The notes: generated by a model not told the origin, from the sequence alone. Numbered from the stretch's first letter, positions 25,261-38,662 are shown. The stretch is DNA of 64,000 nucleotides from Chlorokybus atmophyticus (GCA_009103225.1 RHPI01002262.1:124001-188000), one strand, 5' to 3'. Numbers and translations are program-made.

Positions 25261-26789
25261 TATTTGCAAACTATATTTGTTTTTTGCCAACGCATAGACA
25301 TGCACTTCTTAAGAGCATTGTCGGGTCGAGGGGAGTCGAGGGTCACGCTGTCTCGGACAGCTGCATGGACAGCCATGCTTGCTGGACATGCTGCTGCGCC
25401 ACCTGTGTAAAGCGCAGCAAAAACAAAAGATGACCCAAACCCTCATGGTGACAAGTGCTTTGTGCAGCTGGTCTGCTGCTGCTGGGTAGTACGGGCAGGT
25501 GGAGTCGGTGTTCTCCCTAGTGTACATGCTGTGCTATAGCACACAAAGTCAACAAGCCACTACTATAGGTAGCGCTGTTTACACAGTGCTTTGCATGAGT
25601 GGAAGAGAAATTACACGGTTAAGTGAGGTGAATGAGCAAGCAACACGTGGATGCTATGCCCTGACTGACGCCAACAAGCACCCCGCGACCAAGTACACCA
25701 AGCTCACAACAAGGACAAGCACAGTGCACAAGAACGTGCACAGGCTCTCACACGATGAGGGGATTCTGGGGAACCGGGACGGCGTGTTTCGTGGTTCAAG
25801 TCGCTTCACAAGCTCTTAGCTTTCTCACTTACAGTGTCACCAGCTGATCCGGTGAACACTGTGCCTACTTATAAAAGTCAACTCATGACTGTCCAGAACA
25901 TAAGCTAACGGTCATATCGAGGCTATTTCCGCAGGAAATCCCCACTCGATATAGAACCCAACTTATAACTGAACTCACAACTGAACAGCTACGCGCGGTG
26001 CCTATGTAGGCTATGGTCATGAGCTACTCTAGAGACATGACCTAGCTACTGGTCAGTGACGCGCGCGGGTCGCCATGCTGGTAAGCCGGGCGAGGGTCTC
26101 GCTGTAGGCATGCCCGATGACGACTGGCATGCCCGGGCGATAGGCATGACAGCATGCATGCATTAAAACGCATTATGCATATAAATATACGCCACATATA
26201 TGCATTATATATATTATATTTTCAAACATCTATGTACTTATTTAAAACACAAACTCATTATAAAAGGTATATATCTATTTCCTTGTGTTATAATCATGTA
26301 CCTGCACGCAAGCACACATTTGCAACATAAATCCATAACATATCTTCTATATATATATATATATGTATATTTATATATATATATCCGTATCATAATCATG
26401 TACACGCATGCACGCACGCACGCACATGCACACGTATATAACGCATGTATGTATGATATGTATATCCATACGCATACATAAAACCTTTCTTTAATGTTAT
26501 GGCCACCATTGAGACACTTAAATTGACTCACCCAACCATGAACACATGCATGTGAGGGGCAGAACTACATGTCATACATTGCAAGAGTAGTTGAAATGAT
26601 GTCACGTGTGACACTCACTTGCATGCTTATGGAGGTTATACACTTGTGCACACACAAAAAAAATTTTTCACATTCCGGTGCAGCCCTTGATGAAGGAATG
26701 CTCAGCGCGGAGAGGATGCACGACAAGCTCTTTACTTAGCTCACACACAACCAAGCACACCCCATACACGTGCAAGGCTGTCATGTCAC

Positions 26790-27560
26790 AATATGGTGGA
26801 AGAGTAGCTATTGTGCAAAGAACCAACCCAGAACCTTTAGACACCTCTCGAGCACTCAGCTTGCCTAATTAATGATGTGCAAAAACCAAACCCAGAACTT
26901 TTGTGACACCTCTCGCGCACTCGGTTTGGCTAACCCACCCTAAAGCACATGTAAGTGAATGGCAGAATAACATGTCATACGGTGGAAGAGTACATATAGT
27001 GCACAAAAACTAACTCAGAACCTTCAGAACACCTCCGAGGAAGAGTCTTGTGCACTTAGCATGACTTACCCACCCTCGGGCATGCAAGTGAGTGGTAGGA
27101 TGACATGTGATATGGTGGAAGAGTCACTGAAGTGCAGTAAAGTGCAAAGAACTACCCAAAACCTAGAACTTTTGGGACACCTCTCGCGCACTCGGCTCGA
27201 CTAACCCACCCTTAAGCACATGTACGTAGATGACAGGATAACATGTTATATGGTGGAGAGGTACCTGAAGTGCAAAAAGTAACTTAGAACCTTCATAACA
27301 CCTCTGAGGAAGAGTCTCGCGCACCAAGCATGACTCACCCACCCTCAGGCATGCAAGTGAGTGGTAGGATGACATGTAGTATAGTGGAAAAGTACTTGAA
27401 GCGCAGATAACTACCTAGAATCTTCGTAACACCTCTCAATCACTCAGCTTGAGTCACCCACCCTTGGGCATATGCAAGTGAGTGGCAAAATAACTTGTAG
27501 TATGATAGAAGACTTCTTGAAGAGCAAAGAATCAATGCGGAACCTGTTTGACACCTGTGG
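26790..27560. repeat. Degenerate tandem array of 120-150 bp units with a dimeric higher-order pattern
   Basis: The anchor acacctc occurs at 26841, 26906, 27029, 27177, 27298 and 27429, with alternating A (acacctctcgcgcactcgg) and B (acacctc.gaggaagagtct) variants. Confidence 0.8.
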
Positions 27561-27976
27561 CACTTAGCGAGACTCGCCCATATGCAAGGCGGTTGATGCG
27601 CAAAACTTTGACATCCTGCATATGGGACGGGAGAGGATGCGTGCTGATGCTGTTTGCTGTGGCGTGACACACAACCCCTCCGACCACTGTGCAGATACTA
27701 CTTTTGTCAAGTGTCTTAATGGCGCACCGTGTAACGTACGGCAGTCAAGTGAAGAACTGGGAGACTCCCAGCTGCTACTTATTGGTGTGAGGGAGTCAAC
27801 GAGTTTCAATTGATGACGGTAAATGCTAGCTGAGTACAACAATATACAAGTGCTTGTGGTTAGCGCAGAAGCTGCAAGCCGAAGTTCAGTGGCGTGCTTA
27901 GTACCAGCAGCCTATCAAGGCTGTCCTCACATATGCTTTGTGCATCTTGCTGCAGTCAATTAACTTGTCACCAGCT

Positions 27977-28008
27977 GCTAGCTTGAGCTAGCGCTAGCTC
28001 AAGCTAGC
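27977..28008. repeat. Perfect 32-bp palindrome without spacer
   Basis: gctagcttgagctagc followed directly by gctagctcaagctagc. Confidence 0.95.
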
Positions 28009-30177
28009 GGATTACTACCATAGCTGTAGATGCACAAAGAGGATATATTAGATACTGGCACTCTGCAAGTGCATTAGCTGTAGCAGCTGCATTGCGAGTT
28101 GTTGAATGTATCCGTCGCGCAATGGTTGTTGATGATTGTGGCATGCCACATTGCCAATTAATGTACATCATGTACAGCGATGATAATCACATTACCGGCA
28201 AACATGTGGACCTGCATGTTGAGACCAGACATGGAATGGCAGACATGGCGTGCCGATCGTGACGGTTTGCATTAAGGGTGGTGTATTGATTATGTCATAC
28301 TAGTAAAAAAAATTAGGGACCACAACAATGCAATTTACCATTTTATACTGCTCATTTTCGTGTTTACGTTGATGTGTGACTGATGTCGCACGTTATGCGA
28401 TTGTTTATCAATTCCAATATCATTATGACATCAGGTTGTTGCAAATAGTTATATGCAAGTTCATGCCGTGACAGAGCCCATACCCTATGGTAGCTACTAG
28501 CTATTAATGATGACTCTCATAGCTTTAAACATTAAAAGTTACTCCCCTACCCCTCCATTTGTATCAATATAACATCCAGCTCTAGCAATTGACCAGCAAG
28601 TTGCTGATAGCAATCAGCATGAATGCGACAGCTATCTATCGCTCAACTTAAATGGTAGCCAATTATTACGGTGTCACTTTATTTAATTTTTAGATAAGTA
28701 CACAAACAAGTGCAAGTCAATGTTCACATGCAATATGATGTGAAATAGGGTTAGTTGTAAACAACAGCACACACATGCACAAGCATATGCAGACACTGCC
28801 TATGAGCCCCGCCCCCACCCTTCACCCTTCACTGGTGTTCGTGTTTGTTGCCGTTGCGATACACGCCCGCTCCCAACCCTCGGCCCCGTGCCAACAGGTC
28901 TGCCTGCTATTTGCTGCCCCGCTACTTGTGGCCCCACCCCCTCGCCCTTACCCCGCTAATGCACTTAGCTACCATCACATTGCGTGCCCTTGTGTCTATA
29001 AGTTAATGGTCTGCTCTTGCCGATTTGCTGGTTGACTGGTGTGTGGGTGTGTGTGAGTGTGTTTGGCTTGTGCTTGAGCTTGCTACTAGTAGTGGGAAGC
29101 GTGACATCAGGTGTGTCACACACCATAGCTAGCTGAGCGCGCCTGTCTTTAAGTTGGGCATGCGTTGTGAGGCTGTGTGTGTGTGTGTGATTGTAAATCC
29201 TAGTGTTTCATCTCTCTTGCTGTGCATGCATGCTTGTTTGTGTCTGCTTGTGCGTGAGCACACTTACATCGGAATCACCGGAAAGCCTACGCACCGTAGC
29301 TGATATACCACAAAACCATTTAACTCAACTCGGTTGGTTGTGCGCAAGCAAGTTCAACAAGTTCATTATCTACAGCGCACATGTGTACAACATGGGTACT
29401 GCACAACGGCATCACAACATGTCATACACTATTCTTTTTTGGGTTGTCCTTGAATAATTTCCTAATGAACGAAGCCACAGGGACTGGCTTTTTCGGCATC
29501 CGGAAGTCTCTCCGCATCCATCAGTCCTGCTACCTTCACTGGGCTTACCACCTTGCTTAAACTTGACATCTGCTGTGCACGCTCTTTCATAATTTCGTAA
29601 GGCCTTTTCGACTCGGACCACCTGTCTCATCCCTTTCCTCGACTCGACTGCCATAACTAAGAATGGGTCTCGACCGCTCATTGTATCACCATGCTCCAGA
29701 AGTTGGCAGAGCCTTTCCATTCTGGTCAACTCGTTAAGTTTAGGAAACGGTCGTACCCCGTTTGAAGACGGCGTTGCTGGTCCTGTGGCTGTCGGCGGCG
29801 TTGATGAAGTTGCAAAAGTGTTTGCTGCGTGGTGGAGAGGCCATGATGTCGTGGAAGCTGCTAGTACGGTTTCCACCTAAGACTTGGGTAATAGCTGTGC
29901 AACTGATCTCAACAACGGGTTCTGGGATGTGTTAATCCGCAATTCCAGCACAAAGCCTGCAAGTACAGACAACAATGCATATTTACATGTGCGCATGCAT
30001 GCCATGTACACATGTATGTGCGAGTGCGTGCGTGCGCTTGCGCGTGCTCAGGTGTGACGGCACACGCATGCATGTGCCGTATGGTACTACCCATATGCAA
30101 CTGTGACCTTGAAAGTTCACACTTGCATGCACACATGCATGTATGCATGCGCTTGCACATGCGCTGGTAGTGCATAC

Positions 30178-31204
30178 CTGCAGCGGTATTATTGGCATCA
30201 GGCTGGCTTTGTCTTTGTGTTCGTCATTGCTTCTATCTTTGCATGATGGTTCCGCCATCGTATGCGGGCCAACCATAAGTTCAGTCGAGAGCGTGCACAC
30301 GCGTGCGTGTTCATGCGCTTGCACATGCGCTGGTAGTGCGTACCTGCAGCGGTATGTTGGCATCATGCCTGCTGGCTTTGTCCTTGTGTTCAACATTGCT
30401 TGTATCCTTGCAAGGTGGTTCCGCCATTGTGTTTGCACCTGTTGTGGGCCAACCGTATGTTTAATCGAGCGCGTGCACGCACCCATGTGCAAGCGCTTGC
30501 GCGTGCGTGTGTACCCGCAGCGGCTTTGTCTGCATCATGGCTGCAGCCTTTGTCCTTGTGTTGGTCGTTGCTGCTATCCTTGCATGGTGGTTCAACGCGC
30601 ACTGTTGAGCTCCTTTTGTGTGCCAACAATGCGTTCAGTCAAGCGCGTGCATGCGCGCGGGTGCGCACTTGCGCGTGCTTGCGTATTGGGTACCTACAAC
30701 GGCGTTATCTGCATCACGACTGCCTTTGTCACGATGTTGATTAGATAGTACTCCTGTTCTTGCATGGGAGTTCAGCCGCTGTGCTTGCGCCTGTTGAGGA
30801 CCAACGGTGTGTTCGATCGCAAGCGAGCGCACACATGCGCGCATGCGCATGTGTGTGACAGGACGTACATGCATGCGCATTGTCCGCGTCATTGTTACTG
30901 TCTCGGCATGGTGGTTGTTCTGCAACGCTAGCACCTGTCGCGGGGTAATCATATGTGTGCATGTTCGCGCGCACACACGCAAACACGTGTGCACGCATGT
31001 GCGCGCATAATGCATGCATGTGTTCAAGTAACAAGTACTTTGAGCAAACGTGTTGTGAGTCATGTCTTATGCTGGTAGCTGATGCGGTCACGTTCGTGTG
31101 GTAGCATGCGATGATGCACATACCTGTAGCTAGGTTGTTGGCGTCGTCGGAACCCTGATTGTCTGCATGCTTGAGTTTTGTTTGCTTTGAGTTGCTCGGA
31201 CCAG
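30178..31204 (-). repeat. Tandemly duplicated exon-plus-intron modules in the 3' part of the Crypton-like gene
   Basis: Five to six alignable units of about 170-190 bp, each with an AG acceptor, a peptide such as EPPCKD.SN..HKDK...DAD and a G|GTAC-type donor. Confidence 0.7.
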
Positions 31205-32366
31205 CTACAGGCCAAGCGCTCCTTAAGGGTTGAGGTCATGCATGCATGCAAGCATGCGCATGTTGCGCGTGTACCTGTAGCGGCGGCATTGTGGTCCATG
31301 TTCAGTTGTGGCGCGGCCTCTAGCATGCGTAGTTGCTCCAGCAGCCTCCTCCCTTGTCTTTCCTTCAAGATGTCTTCCACCCATGATTGCCGCTCTTCCC
31401 GAGTGTGTAGACCCAACGCCACCAAATCTTGCAAGCCTTCACACATGGTGCGAGGACGGAAAGCCTCAAAATACCCTTCAGCATGTTGCGTTTGAAGTTG
31501 ACTTTGCAAAGCCCTGCACGACATGCTTGTTACTGTGAGCTTGCTGCGTGCAATTACGCGTGCACGTGTGCATGATGCACATGAGCGTGTGCGCACATGT
31601 GGGCGTGTACGCGTAAACGTGCGTGTGCTTGTTTGAGTGACTGTGCGTGCCACGCACAGTCACACAAACACAGTGCGTGTGCCTACCTCCAAGCCTGCAT
31701 ATGCGCATGTGATGCTGTGCGCATGTACTCGTGTGCATGCATGTGGGCATATGCGTGCGCATGCATACAAATGTACAAGCGATTGCATGCTTGTGTTTGT
31801 GCCCGCCTGCTGCGGTGCGTGCTAATGACTATGTGCTTGCTTGTGGTTAATGATAGTGTGGGCACGCGTGTCTATGCTTGTGACTGTGTGTGTGAGGTGA
31901 TTGTGTGCGTGTATGTGACTTAACCTATGACTGTGTGTTCTGCTGTGCGCATGCGTGTGCGCGCGTGAAGTCATGCGCACCAAAAAGATGGAAAGGCGGA
32001 TAGCAAGGCGTGAATCGGGTGATGAGGATACTTGGTGGCCATGCCTGCCGCAGCGTCTTGCACAAGGAGCGTTGCAAGGTAATGAAGGACCTTGGGCAAG
32101 CTGCGTACAGACGCCTGCTCCTTGTCTACAATGGTGTTTGCTGTTCCTTGCAATGCCCGCAAGAATGGAAACACCAATCCAATCAGATCCTCGGATACAA
32201 CCACCATGAAACGCGCGCTCCAGAACATGCTGAAATCCTTTTGTGCCGCTCCGGGTCAACCACCAGCTGCTAGAAGCCCTCCTGGTCCGAAAAACTTGAG
32301 GTAGCTCTTGTCCATAACGTCCCAATTCCATTTGCCCATATGCGCTATCACCTGCCATGGCGCGCA

Positions 32367-32369
<3 letters not shown>

Positions 32370-32456
<87 letters not shown>

Positions 32457-32566
32457 NNNNNNNNNNNNNNNNNNNNNNNNNNNNNNNNNNNNNNNNNNNN
32501 NNNNNNNNNNNNNNNNNNNNNNNNNNNNNNNNNNNNNNNNNNNNNNNNNNNNNNNNNNNNNNNNNN

Positions 32567-32655
<89 letters not shown>
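32370..32655. repeat. (GA)n microsatellite containing an assembly gap, inside an intron of the Crypton-like gene
   Basis: Pure GA dinucleotide run on both sides of about 110 N. Confidence 0.98.
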
Positions 32656-32657
<2 letters not shown>

Positions 32658-32789
32658 TACCTGCTTGTCTATGCCTTCAGCATCCATAAACTGAGCACCC
32701 GCAACTCGAAATGCGTGCGTTACTTTCTTGAAGTACTTCTTGCAAGACTCTGCATGTTGCTCGTATGACAGGTTCTTCATGCTCTGCAC

Positions 32790-33860
32790 ATGTCGGCCAT
32801 GCACAAATGAGTTGCACATCAGCGTGTTATGCTGTGCGTGCATGCTTGTGACTGATGCTGTCCGTGTGTGCGTGCATGTGTATGACCAATGTTATGCCTT
32901 TGACTGATGCTGCGTGTGTGCGTGCATGTGAGACTGATGCTGGTGCGTGCGTGCGCATGTGAGGCTAATGATGCGTGAGAGATGTGTGACTGTTACGTGG
33001 TGACTGATGCTGTGTGTGTGTCTGTGTATGTGCGTGCAAGGGCGCATGTGACTGATGCTGCGCGTGCATGCATGTGCGTGCGCATGTGAGAGACTGACGT
33101 TGTGTGTGGAAACTGATGTTGTATTCGTATGCGTGTGTATGATTGTTTGTGCGTGCGTTCGAGTGAGATGACTGATTTACATGCGTACTCACTAAGTACG
33201 CAGGTAAATCAGTATACACATGCAGGCATGTGTGCTTGTGACTGATGCTGTGCGTGCATGCGTGTGCGTGCGCATGTATCAGATTGAAGATGTGTGTGGA
33301 GACCGATATTATGTGTGATGCTCTATTTGTGTGCGCGTGTATGCGTGTGTATGATGGTGTGTGCGTGCGTTCGTGTGAGTGTGAGACTGATGCTGCCTGT
33401 GCGTGCATGTGTAGAACTGATGCTATGCGTACTCATGTGTGCATGTGTGCTTATGACTAATGCTGTGCGTGCATGCATGTGCGTGCGCATGTATCAGACT
33501 GAAGTTGTGTGTGGAGATCGATGTGTGAGTCTAATGTTGTGACTGAAGCTGTATTTGTGTACGTGTGTATGATTGTGTGTGCGTGCGTTCGTGTAAGTGT
33601 GAGACTGATGTTGTGACTTACGCTGTATTTGTGTGCGTGTTTCTGTGCGCGCCGGCGCGCGTGCACATGTGTGCGTGTGCGTGCGCGCGTGCGTGTGTGT
33701 AGGTCAAACACACACAGCACCAGATATGTGCGCCGCACATATCTGCAGAGTCTGCGAGTGCATGCATGTGTTTGACTGATGCTGTGCGTGTTTCAGCGTG
33801 TGTGGGTGCGTGCGTGAGCATGTGTGTGAGTGCGCGTACGTAAGTGTGTATGTCCATGTA
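32790..33860. repeat. GT/GC-rich low-complexity intron with recurring gactgatgctgtg(c/t)gtg units
   Basis: Repeated actgatgctg motif interspersed with (GT)/(GC) runs. Confidence 0.7.
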
Positions 33861-36040
33861 TGCGGTTAACGTGTCATTTGTCACCTTATTGGCGGGCCAA
33901 AGCGCAGTGAGGTTCCAGTCTTTGCTGCGTAGAGGATCGGGGAACGGCTCCGCGTCGACGGTGAACCGTTGTGCAAGATGCCTTGCCAAGGCACTTTGCG
34001 AACACTCCAACGGGTCGCGTGCGTGAATGAAGCCAGCAAAGCTCGTCTTTGGATTCTTCAAGGTCTTACCGCCGGACATAACGGCATACAAGACCATGCA
34101 TGATGATGGGCCTGCCAAATAGCATGAGTAATTTTACAACTCACATGGTTAGATCTGAAAGGCAACATGAAGGAATAAACACGGACAACGGGAATTACCG
34201 ATGTTCTTCTCAGGGCATAGACAGCTCAAATACGTATCGCGCCCTTCATCGGAGCGCCAGAAGCATGCTTTTAATCATGTTGCCATGGAAAAGTCACGCG
34301 TTGCTTCAGTGGTGCCGCGCGCCACATGGTTGCTAAAAGTGTACCACTGCTTCTCTGTATATGTAGCATTACTCACATTGTTCTTTGGGTCAACATGCGC
34401 CGCCCGTTGATGTCAACGCACGTTAATGTTCGATTTTTATGTCTAATAGACGGTGGCATAAGTTGGAAATGCTAGTAGCTTTAGGTTATATTTACTCTGG
34501 CCGGCGATGCTCATCCCTTGCAATCGCACTTGTTGATTCCAGTAGTGCACTTGCAGGGCGGCATGCATGCCATCAAAACCGCTATCCATCTGCAACGCAG
34601 TAATGTCATTACCACCCATACCATAGCTGCAAATTGCTCGTTGAATAAACAAAATACGAGTGTTACTTACCAATGCCTTAAGCTTGCGTGATTAGTCCAG
34701 CCCTGGCATGTTGTGAGCGACCCATCGCATGTATCTGGTTGTCAACGCCAACCCAGCGTCACCAGTAAGGTCGCTAGGTGTTGGTGTCTCTGGTGCGCTG
34801 CCGGTATCGGGGTCGTCGGCAGGAAACCACTAATATTTCTTGTGATGACTTACGTATGATTAGGAAGACTAGTCGCGTCGCAAAGCAACCTTTTTGCAAT
34901 GATTTCAACAAATTCTTCATAAGTAAACCTGCATGAGCAACAGCACAAGTATGTACACGTTACGTCTTGTGACATTTATTATGCGTGCGTGGTTGTAAGT
35001 ACAGTTGTATGCTAATGTTGTGTGATTAAGTGTGTGGGTGGGTGGGTGGGCGTACGTGTGCGAGAGTGTCAGTGTGTAACTGAGTGTGTGAGTGACGACA
35101 GTGCGCGTGCGTGTGTGAGTGTGCTTGTATAATTGACTGATTGCGTGTAAGACTGAGTGCGTGAGTGATTGATTGCGTGTGCGTGTGTGAATGCGTTTAT
35201 TCGAGAGTTACTGAATGTGCCAAGTTGGTGTGTGACTGAGTGAATGAGTGATTGAATGTGAATAAAATTGTGTGCGTGTGTGATCATAAGGTGGATGACT
35301 GACTGTGAGTATGATATCATACAAGTGTGCCATGGTAGATGTTGTGCGCGTGAGTGTGTAAGAAACTGAGAGTATAAGCACGTGAGTGAGTGAGAGGAAA
35401 AAGTTGACAATATACGGCATTGTACCTTGCATGTGGCGGTCGAAATGAATCCTGCATGGCGTGAGGGCGTGAAAAGGGTGTTCACCCTACCATCAACACT
35501 GACAGCGCACTTGCTACAACCGCCGAACGCGTGACAACTCATAATGACAAAAGCGCCCCACCAAACGAAGTCGGTTGTAGCGGCCACCGCCGCCGCCGCC
35601 GCCGCCGTCTCCTCACCGTGAGGGTGACCTACCGTGCTCCAGCTCCTCCTGGAGGCCGCCTCAGCCGTGGCGCCAATGGAGCTGAGCACGGAAGCTTGGC
35701 TTGAGCCAAAAGCTTCCGCGTTTACTACCGCTGGCGCATGACGGCGAGCGCTGTCGGGAGGCGGCGCCGACTGCCCCCTGCGTCGACAGAAAGCAGCCGC
35801 CCCCCAAAAATTACGAGCCTGGCTGCTTGTGTTTACGAGGTCCGTGAGTTAAGTGGGAGGCGGCCATATTAAGTGTCCGACGACGATTAAGCGTCCGCGC
35901 CTGCCGAGTGGCTCACTTAAACGGGCCACTTTACTGGAAATGCGGACGGTCGCCCAGGCAAACAGTTCGCACCCGTCCGCGCTGCGCGCAGCTTCGCGTC
36001 CTCAACTCTCTTTACATAGTGCATTAAGTGGTCATAGTAC

Positions 36041-36317
36041 TGGGGATGGGTCCGAACAATTATGTTCAAAAACATAGCATAGTACACAGATTGGGGCCAA
36101 TCAGTCAAAGCAGCAAGCACACAACACAGCAAACCTTGATATCACTGGCAAGGGCAAATGGCAGCAACGGCTGATGCGTTCAAGATTTATTGTAAAACGG
36201 CGTCAAAACCATTAACTTGAGCAAAACTTTATCGTATGAACAAAATAAAAACATCATTATTCCTCCTTATGTTCGTTAATTGGCCTTGAATGCATATTCA
36301 TGTTTGACCTCAACCCA
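36041..36317. mobile_element. Short MITE-like relative of the hAT element at 13451-14434
   Basis: Left end tggggatgggtccgaacaattatgttc matches tagggatgcgtctgaacaagtatgttt. Region 36221-36317 aligns with 14337-14434. No clean TSD. Confidence 0.65.
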
Positions 36318-38544
36318 ATGTGGTATGGGATCAGATTTCAACTTCTGGAGCGGTACATGCTCACAAATAAATTTGTGGATATCGGTAGTCAATTGGGAGC
36401 TTTATTGCTCGTATCTTTCAAATGTAGAGCCCATACATGTACAAATTTACTCAATAACAGTGACTATTGTGTAAATAATCTAGTTTGAACGCGAGCATCG
36501 TATTGTAAGATTTGCATTATTGTAAAATTGCGTTTCATTTGGTGACGTCCTGACCCCCTAATTTCACTTCATAACAATCTAATTGTTGCTTATTTATATT
36601 GGCTTAGGCTGTTAACACTAGGATGTAGATAAATGTACACTTAAGTGTACATTTTTCTCATCTGCTGGGCATTGCTATAACAATTGTCAACCTTCTCATT
36701 TTAAGCTAAGATTATTTGCACACATTGTTAACATGTAAGCAATTAATGTGCAAAATGTCAGCTGGATTGGTTACTTGTGTTACAAGTTGCACCTTGGTAA
36801 GCGACCAAAATAGCAAAAGTGCAACACTGTACACTTTTGTGCACAGTTATGCAAGGGCCTTCAAATCATCCTTACGGCTGCATTTGTAGGTATTCCACGG
36901 CATTTATGAGCTTTTGGATAGCTCTTGTCGAGTAGAACTAGTGGTGCCATTGTTTGGTCGGGCCGGCCGGCATTCAAGGTCACCTATATTAGACATCCCG
37001 CGCAAGGGCCATCACACTTGGCACCTGCCACTGCCGGGCTGCACGGCAGTCGCGGGCGCGGCCCGCTTGCTTTTCATTTGCTAGGTTGTGAGTACTAGAG
37101 TTGAACCATTCGATCTGCCTATACGATTCTTGGCCGTCCACAGCACATCCAATCATTCAAAACAACGCCAATATATGTAGAATTTAGCATAGTATGCATA
37201 CATGGCCACTTATGGCTGCATGTTGATTTATGTCATGTGTAGTATGATGATAAACGCCGTATAATTGGTGAAATACAGCGGCATTTTAATTGTTTATTTA
37301 TGACACACATATGGCCGCATGTGAATGTATAGGCGATGGTTCAATGCAATTCAAGTACGTCGGATTGGACATGATATGGTTGCTTGACACACAACCAGGC
37401 AACAGCAACTATTCATATCTACCCGTATCGCAATATGTTTAAACAACCATTTCGTGCATTATTGTCCAAAGTCGGTGGAAGGTACTGTGTACAATGAGCA
37501 AAAAATGGAACGCGATGATGTTTCCATTTTATGCAAATTTTGTGCCATACGTTAAAGTCGATATGTTGAATCCGTACCATATACAAAGTGGCGCCGCCAT
37601 TACACCGCAATGTGTGGATTTAATTGCCATATCAATTGCAACATAGCGCCGTTGAATGTGTAGTTACCGAGTACGAGGTCAAAAGCCCAAAGCATCTTCG
37701 GTTGCCACGAGCAACGACTAGCCGGGAACGGCGGATACTATAACGCGTGCATTCGCGGCGCAGCGCCGTAACAGCGCGTTGAAGCGCGGTCTAAAACGCG
37801 CATATCCATTGGTATCAGGTTGGGTGCCCCCCATACACTCAAAGAATCTTTTAACACATCACAAAAACGAACTGCCATTCTACACGGCCCGATACATTGC
37901 GATCTATTGTGATCTTGGCCAATTTTGTTCTGGGCATCAGGCTATGCTTCGGCCAAACAACTTTCATGAATAAGTTGTTACAAGATTCCTTCTCTATAAA
38001 AAGTTATTCCTATATGAGTGACCTGACGGGTCCAATCAGCAAACCCCAATCACTATGTCAGACATAAGATGCATAACTTTTAAACCACAGCGCCAATTGC
38101 GACGCAATTACTTTGCCTCCATAGATTACGCCGAGGGCTATCCAACAATATGTCACATGTTGCATTGTCACATCACCACCGGCCAAGAAGGTCGTGCCAA
38201 GGAAGGCCATTTGCATGTACACTCGAGCGTACATTTACATCCCTAATTTTAAGTTATAGCCCATGTTGAGTAGAATGCGCCATTTAACTTATGTGCAGAT
38301 TGTGGTATTATCAATAAGTATCATATTGGCTCCGGTGAAAGTCCCTCCACTCTTAGGCCCCACCTTGCGCCTATAAGCCCTCTGTAGCAACCATGTGTGG
38401 GGCCCATACTTTTAAGTGCTAATTCTTGCTTTTAGTAGAGTCCGCCACAAAATACGTACGTAACCAAGGGAGCGCTCTTTCAAATCACATTTCGTTACTT
38501 GCGCATGCAATATGGCTTCATTGAGGAGGGTTAACGAGGGGGAA

Positions 38545-38611
38545 GGGGGGGGGGGGGGGGGNNNNNNNNNNNNNNNNNNNNNNNNNNNNNNNNNNNNNNN
38601 NNNNNNNNNNN

Positions 38612-38662
<51 letters not shown>
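38545..38662. repeat. Poly-G tract containing a 50-N assembly gap
   Basis: G homopolymer on both sides of Ns at 38562-38611. Confidence 0.97.

Larger units (their letters stand above)
29412..35700 (-). mobile_element. Crypton-like tyrosine-recombinase element (Ndc10/CryptonF-type domain), decayed, multi-exon; ends not defined
   Basis: Exons give TRDFSMAT*LKACFWRSDEGR (about 34199-34330), SGGKT...FIHARDPLECSQSALARHL...EPFPD (33885-34111), KVTHAFRVAGAQ (32661-32783) and GKWNWDVMDKSYL (below 32351). Together these supply the R-K-HxxR-W-Y catalytic set, with in-frame stops. Confidence 0.75.

Noticed and set aside
26790-27560. Repeat array considered as CRISPR-like
   Set aside because: Eukaryotic context; the whole unit is repeated and degenerate with no unique spacers.
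32256-32843. ORFs of ER, RE and SL dipeptide repeats
   Set aside because: These are translations of an intronic (GA)n microsatellite spanning an N gap.
35848-36030. Repeated TTAAG(T/C)G motifs as a possible end of the Crypton-like element
   Set aside because: No matching structure could be identified at the other side, so the terminus cannot be supported.
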